From Gemmatimonadales bacterium (GTDB lineage Bacteria; Gemmatimonadota; Gemmatimonadetes; Gemmatimonadales; GWC2-71-9), in assembly GCA_041615815.1 (NCBI GenBank), contig JBFJCP010000005.1, positions 80,662 to 144,661 of the forward strand: a stretch of DNA of 64,000 nucleotides. Reading direction: 5' to 3'. Positions 12,054 through 22,403 of this stretch are shown here, in pieces (the first letter of the stretch is position 1; every line of letters starts with the position of its first letter). A model generated the notes under the pieces. The model had not been told where the DNA came from and searched no databases. It saw only the letters and a program-made list of their open reading frames with translations. Position numbers and translations under genes: made by a program.

Positions 12054-13516
12054 AGACTTCGCTGCAACAGAGCGCCGTATTGCGCCAAGAACTGCGGATG
12101 AATCCTCGCCTTTATCAGGCGATGGATCTCCTGTACATGCCGGTACTCGATCTGCAGCAGCACCTCAAGGAAGAGCTCGAGACGAATCCGTTTCTGGAGA
12201 TGGCCGAGGGCGAGGAGCAAGAGCCGCAAGAGACCAGGGAGACCGCAGAGCAGAAAGAGAAGGAACGGGAGAAGGAACGCGAAGACGACGAGATGAACTG
12301 GGAGGAGATCATCCTCGATGGTTTCCGTGTGGGCGGTGCTCGGGGTGGATATGAAGAGCGGGAGTTCTACGAGCCCGTTCCGGTGCAAACCCGCGATCTC
12401 GCTGATCATCTCCGCGACCAACTCCAACTGCTCGATTTGAGCCCGCGGCAGCTCTTCTTGAGCGAAGAGTTCATTGGCAACATTGGCGAGGACGGATACC
12501 TGCAGGCCACCCTGGAGGAGATCGTTCATGGTGGCAATGCGGTCTTGGAGGAGCGCTACGATCTGATTCAGGACGGGGCCGGGCCACCCGAGGTGTTCAC
12601 GCTGGAGGAGGCGGAGCGGCTCCTCAAGATCATCCAGCGGCTCGACCCTCCTGGTATCGCAGCGCGAGACCTTCGCGAGTGCCTGCTTCTGCAGCTGGAG
12701 GAATCGCAGCAGACCGCGACGCTGACCTACCGGCTCGTCAACGAAGCATTTGACGACCTCATTGCCCACCGGTGGAGTGAGTTGGCCAAGCGGTACGGAT
12801 TGGAACCGCGGGAGGTGCAGGACGCTGCCGATGAGCTTGCCAAGCTCGATCCCAAGCCTGGACTCCAGTATCAGAGTACGGCAGATACCTATGTCGTGCC
12901 CGACCTGGTCGTCGAGAAGATCGACGACGAGTACCGGGTGTTTTTGAACGACGGGTGGATGCCACGCCTGCGGATCAGTAAGATCTATCAGGACATTGCG
13001 GGAGATCGAAAGAAGTTTCAGGGACAGAACCGCGAGTTCATCACAGAAAAGCTCAACAGCGCCACGTGGCTCATTCAGGCGATCGAGCAGCGGCGGCAGA
13101 CCATGCTCAAAGTGATGAACTTCATCGTGGATCGGCAGCGTGACTTTTTCGAAAAGGGCATCGAGCACCTCAAGCCACTGACCCTGCGGGAAGTTGCCGA
13201 CGTTATCGACATGCACGAATCCACGGTGAGTCGAGTCACGAACCAAAAATATTGCCAAACACCCCGTGGTGTGTACCCGCTCAAGTTCTTCTTCTCGAGT
13301 AGCTTGGGTACCACCACCGGCGAGGACGCGAGCTCGCGCGCCGTGAAAGCGCAGATCCAGAAACTGGTGACTGATGAGAATACGGGATCACCGCTAACGG
13401 ACTCTGCCATCGTGAAGGCGCTCAAGGAACGAGGTATCCAGATCGCTCGCCGCACCGTCGCCAAATACCGCGATCAACTCGGGATTCTCCCTGCCCGTAT
13501 GCGCAAGCGCGTATGA
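12050..13516 (+). CDS. rpoN: RNA polymerase sigma-54 factor
   Basis: [19 protein letters not shown], RpoN box [15 protein letters not shown]. Confidence 0.97.
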   Translation: MKTSLQQSAVLRQELRMNPRLYQAMDLLYMPVLDLQQHLKEELETNPFLEMAEGEEQEPQETRETAEQKEKEREKEREDDEMNWEEIILDGFRVGGARGGYEEREFYEPVPVQTRDLADHLRDQLQLLDLSPRQLFLSEEFIGNIGEDGYLQATLEEIVHGGNAVLEERYDLIQDGAGPPEVFTLEEAERLLKIIQRLDPPGIAARDLRECLLLQLEESQQTATLTYRLVNEAFDDLIAHRWSELAKRYGLEPREVQDAADELAKLDPKPGLQYQSTADTYVVPDLVVEKIDDEYRVFLNDGWMPRLRISKIYQDIAGDRKKFQGQNREFITEKLNSATWLIQAIEQRRQTMLKVMNFIVDRQRDFFEKGIEHLKPLTLREVADVIDMHESTVSRVTNQKYCQTPRGVYPLKFFFSSSLGTTTGEDASSRAVKAQIQKLVTDENTGSPLTDSAIVKALKERGIQIARRTVAKYRDQLGILPARMRKRV

Positions 13517-14478
13517 CGCTCGCCGGACCCGGGGACGACGTGGAGGTGAGCGTCCTCGTCCCCGCCAAGGACGAAGCCGAAAACCTCCCTGAGTTCCTCC
13601 GGCAGGCCGCCGCGACCTTCGCTGCGGTTCCCTATCCCTGTGAGGTCGTCATCGTGGACGATGGGAGTGTCGATGCGACGCCGTCCGTGCTCCGCCAACT
13701 CCGGGCGGAGTATTCGTTTCTCCGGGTGGTCACCCATAGGAGCCAACGTGGCATTGCCGACGCGCTCAAGTCCGCTGGCGAGACGGCCCAGGGCCGAGTC
13801 CTCGTGTTCTATCCGGCTGACCTTCAGTTCGCCCCTGCCGAGATCCCGGATCTCGTAGCGCCCATACGAGCTGGTGACGCGGACGTGGTGACCGGCACGA
13901 AACAGGGTCACTACGAGCGCGCGTTCGTTTCGGGTGTCTACAATCGTCTGTGCCGGTTGTTGTTCGGTGTACGTGTCACCGATCTCAATGCGGTGAAAGC
14001 GTACCGACGGGAGGTGATGGAAGCCGTACCCGATCGGCCGGACTGGCATCGCTTCATGGTCGTGATCGCGCAGGCGGATGGTTTTCGAGTCACCGAACGG
14101 CCGGTCACGCTTCACCCGCGCCGCGCCGGACATTCCAAATTCGGCATCGGGCGAATCCCCGTCGGCATTGTCGATCTGTTGTCCGTATGGTTCCAGCTTC
14201 GATTCGGTCGCAAGCCCCTCCTGTTCTTCGGGGTGAGCGGCGCCGTGCTGTTCGGCCTGGGTTTCCTCGTCGGGATTGCCGCGCTCGTCCTGCGATTTGG
14301 CTACGGCATTGGCTTTCGGCCCTTGCTGGATCTGGTGATGGTCCTCGTGGTCGTTGGCAGTGTGCTCTTCGGGATCGGATTCATGGGCGAAATGCTGGCA
14401 GCCGCCCGGGAAGAGATCCGCGGCCTGACCAGATCGATCGATCGCCTGGCAGGTGAGTTGCGACGCCGACGCGAGTAG
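13513..14478 (+). CDS. GT2 glycosyltransferase (ArnC/GtrB-like, C-terminal TM helices)
   Basis: VSVLVPAKDEAENL, VDDGSVD, ADLQF, two C-terminal hydrophobic helices. Confidence 0.88.
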   Translation: MTLAGPGDDVEVSVLVPAKDEAENLPEFLRQAAATFAAVPYPCEVVIVDDGSVDATPSVLRQLRAEYSFLRVVTHRSQRGIADALKSAGETAQGRVLVFYPADLQFAPAEIPDLVAPIRAGDADVVTGTKQGHYERAFVSGVYNRLCRLLFGVRVTDLNAVKAYRREVMEAVPDRPDWHRFMVVIAQADGFRVTERPVTLHPRRAGHSKFGIGRIPVGIVDLLSVWFQLRFGRKPLLFFGVSGAVLFGLGFLVGIAALVLRFGYGIGFRPLLDLVMVLVVVGSVLFGIGFMGEMLAAAREEIRGLTRSIDRLAGELRRRRE

Positions 14479-14487
14479 CTTCCCCTC

Positions 14488-15666
14488 GTGCGCATATTGA
14501 TGGTGACTCACGCGTATCCCCGATGGGACGGGGACGTGGCAGGCGTGTTCATCGAACGGCTGGCCATTGCGCTGGTGCGTCGGGGGCATCGCGTCACCGT
14601 GATCGCACCAGCGGACGCTGGGGCTGGTGGGCGTGGGCGGCGGGGTGGTGTGGACGTCGTCCGGGTCCGGTATGCCCCCGCGCGGGGTGAGACCCTGGCG
14701 TACCGGGGGACGATGGAACAGGCGGCCAGGTCGCTGTCCGGCAAGCTGGTGCTCGCTTCGCTTGTCAACGCGCAAGCCCGGGTCGTCGCGCAGCTGTCCC
14801 GGTTCGCGGGAGGCCAGATCGTTCACGCCCACTGGTGGGTTCCGGGTGGCGTGGGGGCATGGCTCGCCCGGTTTACGGGAGGCAGTCGATATGTCGTCAC
14901 GCTGCACGGCACCGACGTGGCAGTTCTCGAGCGGTCGCGAAGCGCGCGATTCATGGCCCGCCGGATTCTCAAACGTGCCAGTGCGGTCACGGCGGTCTCG
15001 GGCTTCCTTGCCGCACGCGCGGCGGAGGCGATCGGTATCGAGAGCCGTCAGGTGGTCGTGCAGGCGATGCCCGTGGATACGCAGCGCTTCACGCGGACGA
15101 GCGTTGGCGGTGGAGGCGTCGTCACCGTGGGTCGGCTGGTCCCCCAGAAACGCATCGACCTCATCATCGATGCGGTGGCGCTGCTCCGACAGAAGGGCAG
15201 GCCGTTTCGGTTGACCATCATCGGTGACGGCCCGGAGCGGGCGGCACTCGAGCGTCGGGCCGAGGAGGCAGGCATCGGCACGCTCACGCGGTTTCACGGA
15301 CAGGTTGAGCCGAACCGCTTGGCAGACACGATAGGGGACGCCGACGTGTTCGCGTTCGCCGCCAGCCAGGAGGGGCTGGGCCTTGCCGCGGCCGAGGCGC
15401 TCATGTTGGGAATTCCCGTCGTGGCCTGTGTAGACGGGGGTGGCGTAACCGATATCGTGCCGACTACGGGCGCTGGTCGGCTAGTTCCACCGGCCCGTCC
15501 GGAACGGATGGCTCGCGCCATCGCCGAGCTCGCCCGCGATTCGAGTGTGCGCGCGGCGGCGGCGGATGCTGGGCGGTTGCTGCGACGCCGACTCGATCCG
15601 GACTACGTGGCGCAGACGTACGAGGAGGTCTACGCCAGAGCGAGTCGTAAGGGACGTCGCCGGTGA
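14488..15666 (+). CDS. GT4 glycosyltransferase
   Basis: MRILMVTHAYP, HAHWW, TLHGTDV, VGRLVPQKR, EGLGLAAAEA. Confidence 0.9.
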   Translation: MRILMVTHAYPRWDGDVAGVFIERLAIALVRRGHRVTVIAPADAGAGGRGRRGGVDVVRVRYAPARGETLAYRGTMEQAARSLSGKLVLASLVNAQARVVAQLSRFAGGQIVHAHWWVPGGVGAWLARFTGGSRYVVTLHGTDVAVLERSRSARFMARRILKRASAVTAVSGFLAARAAEAIGIESRQVVVQAMPVDTQRFTRTSVGGGGVVTVGRLVPQKRIDLIIDAVALLRQKGRPFRLTIIGDGPERAALERRAEEAGIGTLTRFHGQVEPNRLADTIGDADVFAFAASQEGLGLAAAEALMLGIPVVACVDGGGVTDIVPTTGAGRLVPPARPERMARAIAELARDSSVRAAAADAGRLLRRRLDPDYVAQTYEEVYARASRKGRRR

Positions 15667-16586
15667 GGCGGCGATGGTTGGTGTGGGTGGGCCAGGGTCT
15701 GCTCGCTGTCGCCGTCATTGTCTTCGTCACGCTCGCCATTTCACGAAACTGGGAACGTTTCCGCACCGTCCGGGTGGAGCTGGTCTGGCGACCGCTGCCC
15801 ATTCTGGCGGCCGGTGCCGCGGTGCTGCTGTCGTATGCCGTGTTGATCGAAGCCTGGCGGCGGGTCTTACGAGGATGGCAGGAGCATTTGCGATTCGCCG
15901 AGGCGGCCCGAATTTGGTGTCTCTCCAATCTCGGGCGATATCTCCCGGGAAAGGTCTGGAGCATCGCCGGGTTGACGGTGCTGGCCAAACGGGCCGGCGT
16001 GGGAGGTTGGCAGGCCGCGGGGGCCGCCGTGTCGATGCAGGCGCTGGCCATCGGGACAGGCGCGAGCGTCGCTGCTGTCGCAACCCCGGGGACCTTCTCG
16101 GCCCCGCAACTGGCCGTGGCCGCGCTCATGACGGTGGGGACGTTCGCGCTACTGAGCTCGCGCGCCATAGGGGGGGCGGTTGCGCGCTTGCTTCGTGCGC
16201 GGCCCGAGTTCAGGATTCTCCCCTTCAGCACGATCGGGCTGGCCGGCGGCATCGCCTTGGCGAGCTGGCTGTTGTACGGCCTGGCATTCTGGCTCTTGGC
16301 GCACGGCCTCCTGGAAGACCCGGCGCTCTCTCTGTACACTGCGATCGGCGTGTTCGCCGCTGGGTACATTGTAGGGTTGCTGGCGCTCTTCGCTCCGGGG
16401 GGCGTTGGGGTGCGAGAGATTCTGTTCGTCACCTTGCTCGCGCCATCCATGGGAAGCGGTCCGGCCTTGGCCGTTACCGTGGCGTCCCGGCTCCTCCTCA
16501 CGCTCATGGAGGTGGTCGCCGCCTTGGCTGTCGTGACATTGCTCCGTCCTGAACCGCGCGAGGAGGACGCCGTCGATGCAGGGTGA
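15663..16586 (+). CDS. Lysylphosphatidylglycerol-synthase TM-domain / flippase-like membrane protein
   Basis: SNLGRYLPGKVW and APGGVGVRE motifs; multiple TM helices. Confidence 0.78.
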   Translation: MRRRWLVWVGQGLLAVAVIVFVTLAISRNWERFRTVRVELVWRPLPILAAGAAVLLSYAVLIEAWRRVLRGWQEHLRFAEAARIWCLSNLGRYLPGKVWSIAGLTVLAKRAGVGGWQAAGAAVSMQALAIGTGASVAAVATPGTFSAPQLAVAALMTVGTFALLSSRAIGGAVARLLRARPEFRILPFSTIGLAGGIALASWLLYGLAFWLLAHGLLEDPALSLYTAIGVFAAGYIVGLLALFAPGGVGVREILFVTLLAPSMGSGPALAVTVASRLLLTLMEVVAALAVVTLLRPEPREEDAVDAG

Positions 16587-18924
16587 TCGTCACCCATCGC
16601 CGTTCGAGCCACGGTGGCCCCTCCTGGCCGCCGTAGCCCTCCTAACCATCTGGATTGCCATACTGTCCCTGCCGATGTGGAGCGGGGCGTTTCTGGCGGG
16701 CCCGTTCAGCGACCAATACGCGACGGGATACGCGTACCGCCATTGGGCCGCGAATCAATGGCGCCTGTTGGGTCACGTTCCCCTGTGGAATCCGGAGATC
16801 TTTGGCGGCATGCCATTCGTCGCGGCGATGCACGGAGACATTTTCTATCCGACGGCCTGGCTCCGTCTGCTGGTACCTACTGCGGTCGCCATGAATATCG
16901 GGTTTGTCGTCCACTACGTCCTCGCCGGGGTGTTCGTGTATATCCTCGTGCGACTCCTCGGGGGATCGTGGGTCGGGGCGGTGGTGGGTGGCACGGCGTA
17001 TCAGCTCTCCGGCGTCATCGGCTCGTACGTGCAACCCGGTCATGACGGAAAGACCTTTGTGACGGCGCTCTTGCCATTGGCATTCGTCGGGTTGGTGCTG
17101 GCCTTTCGAAAGAAGCGGCTCGAAGGCCATGGGATCGTGGCGCTGGCGGTTGGGTTGGGAGTGCTGAGTCCACATCCGCAGATGTTGTACTACATGCTGG
17201 TTGCCGCCGGAATCTTTGCGCTCTACCTGGCGTTCGGCGAATCAGGCGGCACCACGCGCACCAGGGTCACGAATCTGGCCCTCGCCGTTGGGGCCGTCGC
17301 GGTGGGTATGGGGATAGGGATGATTCAGATATTCCCGTTCTTCCATTACATCCCGTTCTCACCGCGCGCGGAGAGCTATTATGGCTTCGAGGGTGCCACG
17401 TCATTCGCCATACCATGGGCCCATGTGCCGGAGTTCTTCTTCGCCGGTTTCGTGGGATCGCGCGAGGGGTATTGGGGCCCCAACCCCCTCAAACTCCACT
17501 CCGAGTACCTAGGCTTGCCAGTCGTGGCGCTGGCCGTGCTGGGTGCGCTTGCGAAGCCGCGGCGCCGCCTTGCTATGTGGCTCGGAGCGATTGGCGCGTT
17601 ATTCCTGCTTGTGGCGTTGGGAGCCGGTACGCCGTTCTATCGGCTTTGGTGGAGCGTCATGCCCTTCATGAAGCAGGTGCGCGCGCCGGGGATGGCCTTG
17701 TACTTGGTGGCGTTCGTCGTCGCCGTGTTCGCAGCGTTTGGGGTGGAGCGTCTCGAGCGTGGGGAGGCGGGGCGTCATCCCAAGGTGTGGCTCGGTGTGG
17801 CGGGAGCGGTGGCGTTGCTGGCGTTGGCGGGTGTGTTGGGTGCGCTGGCCGAAACGCTGGCCCAAGGGATCGAGATGGCATCGGGGCGCCCGGCCGTCTC
17901 AGCGGCGGCGGCCGGGCGGGTGACCATCCGCAATGGCGCGCTAATGGGGGCGGTGACTCTCGGCATCCTCGCCGGCGCCCACTGGCTGTGGCAGAGACGA
18001 ACGCTTCCAGTTGCGGCGTTCGGTCTCGTCGTGGTGGTGGCCGTTGGGGGAGATCTGTGGTGGAATGCCCGGAGCTTCTGGACCTACAGCCGCGCTCCGG
18101 AAACACTCTTTTCGATCGACCCCATTACCGAGCAGTTGACGGCGGCGCCAGAGCCGTACCGAGTGCTCGATCTCGGTGTCTACCCCGGCGCCTCGCTCAT
18201 GGCGCGCGGAATCGCGCAGCTGTTGGGCCACCACGGCAACGAACTGCATCGATTCGACGAGCTCATGGGAGGGAAGAACCAGTGGAGAAACGCCGGTCGG
18301 CGAGTCCTGTGGGACCTCTACGGCATCGAGTATCTGATCGTCCCGTCGGACCTCTCAGGCGCGGACTCGATTCCAGGGTACAGCCGCGTGCTCGACGACG
18401 TGGAGACATCTGCCAATCAGCGCGCATCCCTCTTCCAGCGCAGCACTCCCGCGCGGTATGCCCGCGCCGTCCCCGCAGCGCTGCAAGTCCCGGATGACCA
18501 GGCGATTCCCACGGTCCTGGATCCTCGGTTCGATCCAGATCGAGTGCTCATCCTCGACCCGGCGGCCGCCCATGCGCCGCGGCCCATTACCGTCATGCCG
18601 GAGCCCCTCGACATGGCGGTGTCGTTCGAGAGCTGGGAGCCTGGCGGCATGGTCATGCGAGTGGAGCCGGTACCGGAGCGAGACGTGTATCTCATGGTGG
18701 GTGAGAATTGGTACCCGGACTGGCAAGCCGAGGTGGATGGCCGGCCAGCGGAGGTTCTGCGGGGGAACTACAGCTTGATTGCCGTTCCCCTCGCTGCCGG
18801 GTCCGAGCGTGTGGTCCTGCGGTTCGATAGTGCGGAATACCGGGCTGGGAAGATCATCACACTGCTCTCGGCCCTCATTGCCGCCTTTGGATTGATCGTT
18901 CCGCCGGTGCTGCGACGGAGGTAG
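16576..18924 (+). CDS. YfhO-family (GT-C-like) polytopic membrane protein
   Basis: PLWNPEIFGGMPF, FYP, many TM helices, C-terminal ENWYPDWQAEVDG...G...V.L.F motif. Confidence 0.82.
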   Translation: MQGDRHPSPFEPRWPLLAAVALLTIWIAILSLPMWSGAFLAGPFSDQYATGYAYRHWAANQWRLLGHVPLWNPEIFGGMPFVAAMHGDIFYPTAWLRLLVPTAVAMNIGFVVHYVLAGVFVYILVRLLGGSWVGAVVGGTAYQLSGVIGSYVQPGHDGKTFVTALLPLAFVGLVLAFRKKRLEGHGIVALAVGLGVLSPHPQMLYYMLVAAGIFALYLAFGESGGTTRTRVTNLALAVGAVAVGMGIGMIQIFPFFHYIPFSPRAESYYGFEGATSFAIPWAHVPEFFFAGFVGSREGYWGPNPLKLHSEYLGLPVVALAVLGALAKPRRRLAMWLGAIGALFLLVALGAGTPFYRLWWSVMPFMKQVRAPGMALYLVAFVVAVFAAFGVERLERGEAGRHPKVWLGVAGAVALLALAGVLGALAETLAQGIEMASGRPAVSAAAAGRVTIRNGALMGAVTLGILAGAHWLWQRRTLPVAAFGLVVVVAVGGDLWWNARSFWTYSRAPETLFSIDPITEQLTAAPEPYRVLDLGVYPGASLMARGIAQLLGHHGNELHRFDELMGGKNQWRNAGRRVLWDLYGIEYLIVPSDLSGADSIPGYSRVLDDVETSANQRASLFQRSTPARYARAVPAALQVPDDQAIPTVLDPRFDPDRVLILDPAAAHAPRPITVMPEPLDMAVSFESWEPGGMVMRVEPVPERDVYLMVGENWYPDWQAEVDGRPAEVLRGNYSLIAVPLAAGSERVVLRFDSAEYRAGKIITLLSALIAAFGLIVPPVLRRR

Positions 18925-18925
18925 G

Positions 18926-19648
18926 GTGGCCGAGCGCAGCCTGGTGATCATTCCGACTTATAACGAGGCGACCAACCTTTCCCAGCTCGTGCCGTTGGTT
19001 CTTGCGCAGAACGAGTGTCTCGAGATCCTCGTGGTGGACGACAACTCGCCGGACGGGACCGGAGAAATCGCCGACGCTCTGGCGAGCGACAACTCGCGGG
19101 TACACGTGCTGCACCGGGAAGGAAAGCTGGGGTTGGGCACTGCGTACGTGGCGGGATTCCGCTGGGCCCTCGAACGGGATTATGCGTACGTGTTCGAAAT
19201 GGATGCGGACTTCTCTCACGATCCCAAGCACCTGCCACAATTCCTCGCTGCGGTAGCGGACGCCGATCTCGTGCTCGGCTCTCGGTACCTCCAAGGACGG
19301 GTCACGGTCGTGAACTGGCCCATGACGCGGCTACTGCTGAGTTATTTTGCGAACATCTATGCCCGGTTGGTGACCGGGTTGAAGGTTTACGACGCGACGG
19401 GAGGTTTCAAGTGCTTCCGTCGTAAGGTGCTCGAGGCGATCGATCTGGACTCGGTGAGGTCCAACGGATACGCGTTCCAAATCGAAATGAGCTTTCGCAC
19501 CTGGCGACGTGGGTTCCGGATTCGCGAGATTCCGATCGTCTTCGTCGATCGCACGGATGGGGCGAGCAAGATGTCCGGTTCGATCGTGCGGGAAGCCGTG
19601 TGGATGGTATGGCGCCTCCGCCTGCAGGCGCTCTTCGGGAAACTCTGA
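18926..19648 (+). CDS. Polyprenol monophosphomannose synthase-like GT2 (Dpm1/Ppm1 family)
   Basis: IIPTYNE, VDDNSPDGTG, GKLGLGTAY, EMDADFSHDP, SNGYAFQIEM. Confidence 0.92.
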   Translation: MAERSLVIIPTYNEATNLSQLVPLVLAQNECLEILVVDDNSPDGTGEIADALASDNSRVHVLHREGKLGLGTAYVAGFRWALERDYAYVFEMDADFSHDPKHLPQFLAAVADADLVLGSRYLQGRVTVVNWPMTRLLLSYFANIYARLVTGLKVYDATGGFKCFRRKVLEAIDLDSVRSNGYAFQIEMSFRTWRRGFRIREIPIVFVDRTDGASKMSGSIVREAVWMVWRLRLQALFGKL

Positions 19649-20475
19649 TGCGCAACGGATTGATCCTCTACAAGATGTCCGGGTCGGGGAACGACTTCGT
19701 GTTTGCCGACGGACGGTTGCTGCCCGTCTCCGCATGGTCGCCGGAAGAAATCCGCCGTTTGTGTGCTCGGGGGACAGGAATCGGGGCGGATGGGTTCGTC
19801 GTGCTCGAGAAGGGGCGGGCCAAGGACGCAGTGCACTTTCACTATTTCAACAGCGATGGGATTCGCGCTGCCCTGTGCGGCAACGCGGCGCTGTGCGCGA
19901 CCAGACTCGCCTCCTGGCTGGGCCTGGCGCCCGCTGAGGGAATGCGGTTGGAGACCGATTCCGGGACCCTGCGGACCAGGTGTCTTCCCGGCGAAGGAGA
20001 GCGAGCCGAGATCGACGTCCCGGTGCCAAGTGGGATGGGGAGCCCGGAGATCGCGCTCGCCGCCGGGGAGCAGAGCCTCCATTTCACGACGGTCGGCGTT
20101 CCCCATCTGGTGGTGCTGGTCAAGAACCTCGAATCGGTGCCCGTGCGCCAGCGGGGCAGGGAATTGCGCGAACATCCTGTGGTGCAGCCCGAGGGCGCCA
20201 ATGCCAACTTCCTCGCTTGTGACGGTCCCAACTGGTCCATGCGGACGTACGAGCGAGGAGTGGAGGATGAGACGCTCGCCTGCGGCACAGGCGCGGTTGC
20301 CTCGGCAGCGGTCCTGGCCGCCACGGGGGTCGTGGGTCTGCCCTGGAGCGTCCGGACCCGATCAGGGTCCATTCTGACCGTCTCTGGCACGCTCGACCAG
20401 AATGGGGGTGGAATTTTGGAGCCGAAGCTCGCGGGCGAGGGCCGCCTGGTTTTTCGAGCTGTCCTGGGCGTCTGA
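19648..20475 (+). CDS. dapF: Diaminopimelate epimerase
   Basis: KMSGSGNDF, GIGADG, LCGNA, GVPH, RTYERGVEDETLACGTG (both catalytic Cys present). Confidence 0.93.
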   Translation: MRNGLILYKMSGSGNDFVFADGRLLPVSAWSPEEIRRLCARGTGIGADGFVVLEKGRAKDAVHFHYFNSDGIRAALCGNAALCATRLASWLGLAPAEGMRLETDSGTLRTRCLPGEGERAEIDVPVPSGMGSPEIALAAGEQSLHFTTVGVPHLVVLVKNLESVPVRQRGRELREHPVVQPEGANANFLACDGPNWSMRTYERGVEDETLACGTGAVASAAVLAATGVVGLPWSVRTRSGSILTVSGTLDQNGGGILEPKLAGEGRLVFRAVLGV

Positions 20476-20621
20476 GATCGGGCGTGTTTCCCTGTGCGAC
20501 CTCACGCCCTTCCCAACGCGGCAAATCGCGTGTGCCGAACACCTCCCGAACCACCAAATGCCTTGTCAGGGCGTGCATTACGAAAGTGGATCTGGAGTAT
20601 TCAACACTCATCCACACTTAA

Positions 20622-20649
20622 ACTTAACATAACATATCTTATACGTAGT
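20622..20649 (-). other. dif: dif-like XerCD chromosome dimer resolution site
   Basis: Minus strand reads ACTACGTATAA-GATATG-TTATGTTAAGT (11-6-11). The right arm is one mismatch from the canonical XerD arm TTATGTTAAAT. It sits in the intergenic gap where gene orientation flips. Confidence 0.85.
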
Positions 20650-20706
20650 TTCTGACCACGAACACTGTAACCGGTTGCGAATACGATTGATAAGCCTTGT
20701 CTGGGG

Positions 20707-21366
20707 CTAGGTGCCGACCCTGGGCTCCGTAGGACGTAATTCAGCCAGACGGACCTGGGCTTCGGTGGCGGCCGGGGATTCGGGGTGGTCCTGAATGAGA
20801 CGTTCGTACGCGCTGGCGGCTCGCACGGTGTCGCCAGACGCCGCGAAGGTGCGCCCGGCGTCCGTGAGGTATTGGGCGGCCAGAAAGTCATACCAAGAAG
20901 CATCAGCCGCACGCAGATACTCCTCAGCGGCCTCGCGCATCTCTCCGAGTTCTTCGAGCGCGCCTCCAAGGAGGCCGTGGGCCGCCGCTTCGAACTGCTC
21001 TGCGATCCCGCGCTCGAGGGCGGTGCGAAGCCCGTCGGCGGCTCCCTGGGGATCGCCTTGCGAGAGCCGAACCTGTGCGAGGAGTATCGTGGCTTCGTTG
21101 CCCGCCTTGGTCTTGCCGTACGATTGGATGAGTCGGGACAGGTCGCTCGCGGCCAACGGCAGGTTGTCAGCTTGCACCGCGGCGCGCGCACTCATCAGTG
21201 ACTGGGTTGCAAATGCCTCTCGTCGTTGCTTAGCCGAGATCGCAAACCACACCCCGCCTGCGCCCAAGAGAACCACGGCGAGGGCCCCGATCAGGCCGCG
21301 GCGATTTGTCTTGACCCATTCCATGGCACGGGTTGCGGGGTCATGGGAGTGCGATTGAGTATTCAC
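20707..21366 (-). CDS. Membrane-anchored tetratricopeptide repeat protein (YfgM-like)
   Basis: Single N-terminal TM helix followed by Ala-rich TPR-like helices ending YERLIQDHPESPAATEAQVRLAEL; start uncertain (GTG 21366 or downstream ATG). Confidence 0.7.
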   Translation of the reverse strand: MNTQSHSHDPATRAMEWVKTNRRGLIGALAVVLLGAGGVWFAISAKQRREAFATQSLMSARAAVQADNLPLAASDLSRLIQSYGKTKAGNEATILLAQVRLSQGDPQGAADGLRTALERGIAEQFEAAAHGLLGGALEELGEMREAAEEYLRAADASWYDFLAAQYLTDAGRTFAASGDTVRAASAYERLIQDHPESPAATEAQVRLAELRPTEPRVGT

Positions 21367-21436
21367 CTGCGGCGTCCATCTGTAAGTGATTGTCGTACTT
21401 AAACCTACACTACCTCGGCGGCAGGGCTGGCATGCA

Positions 21437-21510
21437 TGCCCCTGGGGTGACTCGAACACCCGACCAACGGTTTAGGAAACCGCTGCTCTATCCATCTGAG
21501 CTACAGGGGC
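21437..21510 (-). tRNA. tRNA-Arg(CCT)
   Basis: GCCCCTG-TAGCTCAGATGGATAGAGC-A-GCGGT-TTCCTAA-ACCGT...GTTCGAGTC...CAGGGGC-A; CCA not encoded. Confidence 0.95.
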
Positions 21511-21564
21511 TCGAGTGGCCGGAAAAAGGTAACCGAATGCACGGGCTTCTCCAACGGCCCTGCA

Positions 21565-22110
21565 TCATACCTGACGCGGATACCGCATCACGGTCCACAC
21601 ATCCGCATCCTCCGGCAACCGGTCTCGTCCGTTCAACTCTGCGAGTTCGATCAATACAGTCACGCCAAGGAGCTGGGCTCCTGCCTCCTCGACAGCCCGG
21701 GCTGCGGCGTGGACGGTCCCACCGGTCGCGATCAAGTCGTCCACGATCAGCACACGATCACCCTTCCCCATGGCGTCCAGATGGACTTCGATGGCGTCCG
21801 TCCCGTACTCGAGGGCGTACTCCATTCGGCGGGTTCTCCAGGGGAGCTTGCCTACTTTCCGCGCGGGCACGAGGCCCGAACCGAGGGCCAGGGCGATCGG
21901 AGCGCCCAAAATGAATCCCCGCGACTCGATGGCGACCACCTTGTCGACCTTCTTGCCATCCAGCGGTGCGACCATGTGCTTGACGGCGGCGTCCAGTAGG
22001 TCCGGTCGCAGCAAGAGCGGGGTGATATCCCGAAACAGGATTCCGGGAGACGGAAAATCCGGCACGTCCCGGATGGCAGCGTAAAGGTCATCAATCGTGA
22101 TAGATGACAC
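21565..22110 (-). CDS. apt: Adenine phosphoribosyltransferase
   Basis: PDFPSPGILFRDITPLL, IESRGF, YALEYG, VDDLIATGGT; AAGGAGG RBS. Confidence 0.96.
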   Translation of the reverse strand: MSSITIDDLYAAIRDVPDFPSPGILFRDITPLLLRPDLLDAAVKHMVAPLDGKKVDKVVAIESRGFILGAPIALALGSGLVPARKVGKLPWRTRRMEYALEYGTDAIEVHLDAMGKGDRVLIVDDLIATGGTVHAAARAVEEAGAQLLGVTVLIELAELNGRDRLPEDADVWTVMRYPRQV

Positions 22111-22127
22111 GAGGTATACCTCCTTAA

Positions 22128-22403
22128 TTACTTTACTTCAAACGACTTAGCTTCGATGGTCTCATGTGGAAAACGATGTCGCTCGACCCGGTCCACCCGG
22201 GCAAACGTCGGCCCTTCGCGGATCGCCGCTTCAAGCGCATTCAGGCTTTCGGGCGGTCCTTGGGCCACCACTTCGACGTCCCCGCAGGGGAGGTTCTCCA
22301 CCCACCCCACGAGCCGCAGCGCCTGAGCCCGCTTCAGCGTGTACCAGCGGAACCCCACCCCCTGTACCCTGCCCTGGACCTTCCACCGCACGACGCTGGT
22401 CAT
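22128..22403 (-). CDS. acyP: Acylphosphatase
   Basis: VQGRVQGVGFR, GWVENL motifs; ATG 22403. Confidence 0.92.
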   Translation of the reverse strand: MTSVVRWKVQGRVQGVGFRWYTLKRAQALRLVGWVENLPCGDVEVVAQGPPESLNALEAAIREGPTFARVDRVERHRFPHETIEAKSFEVK

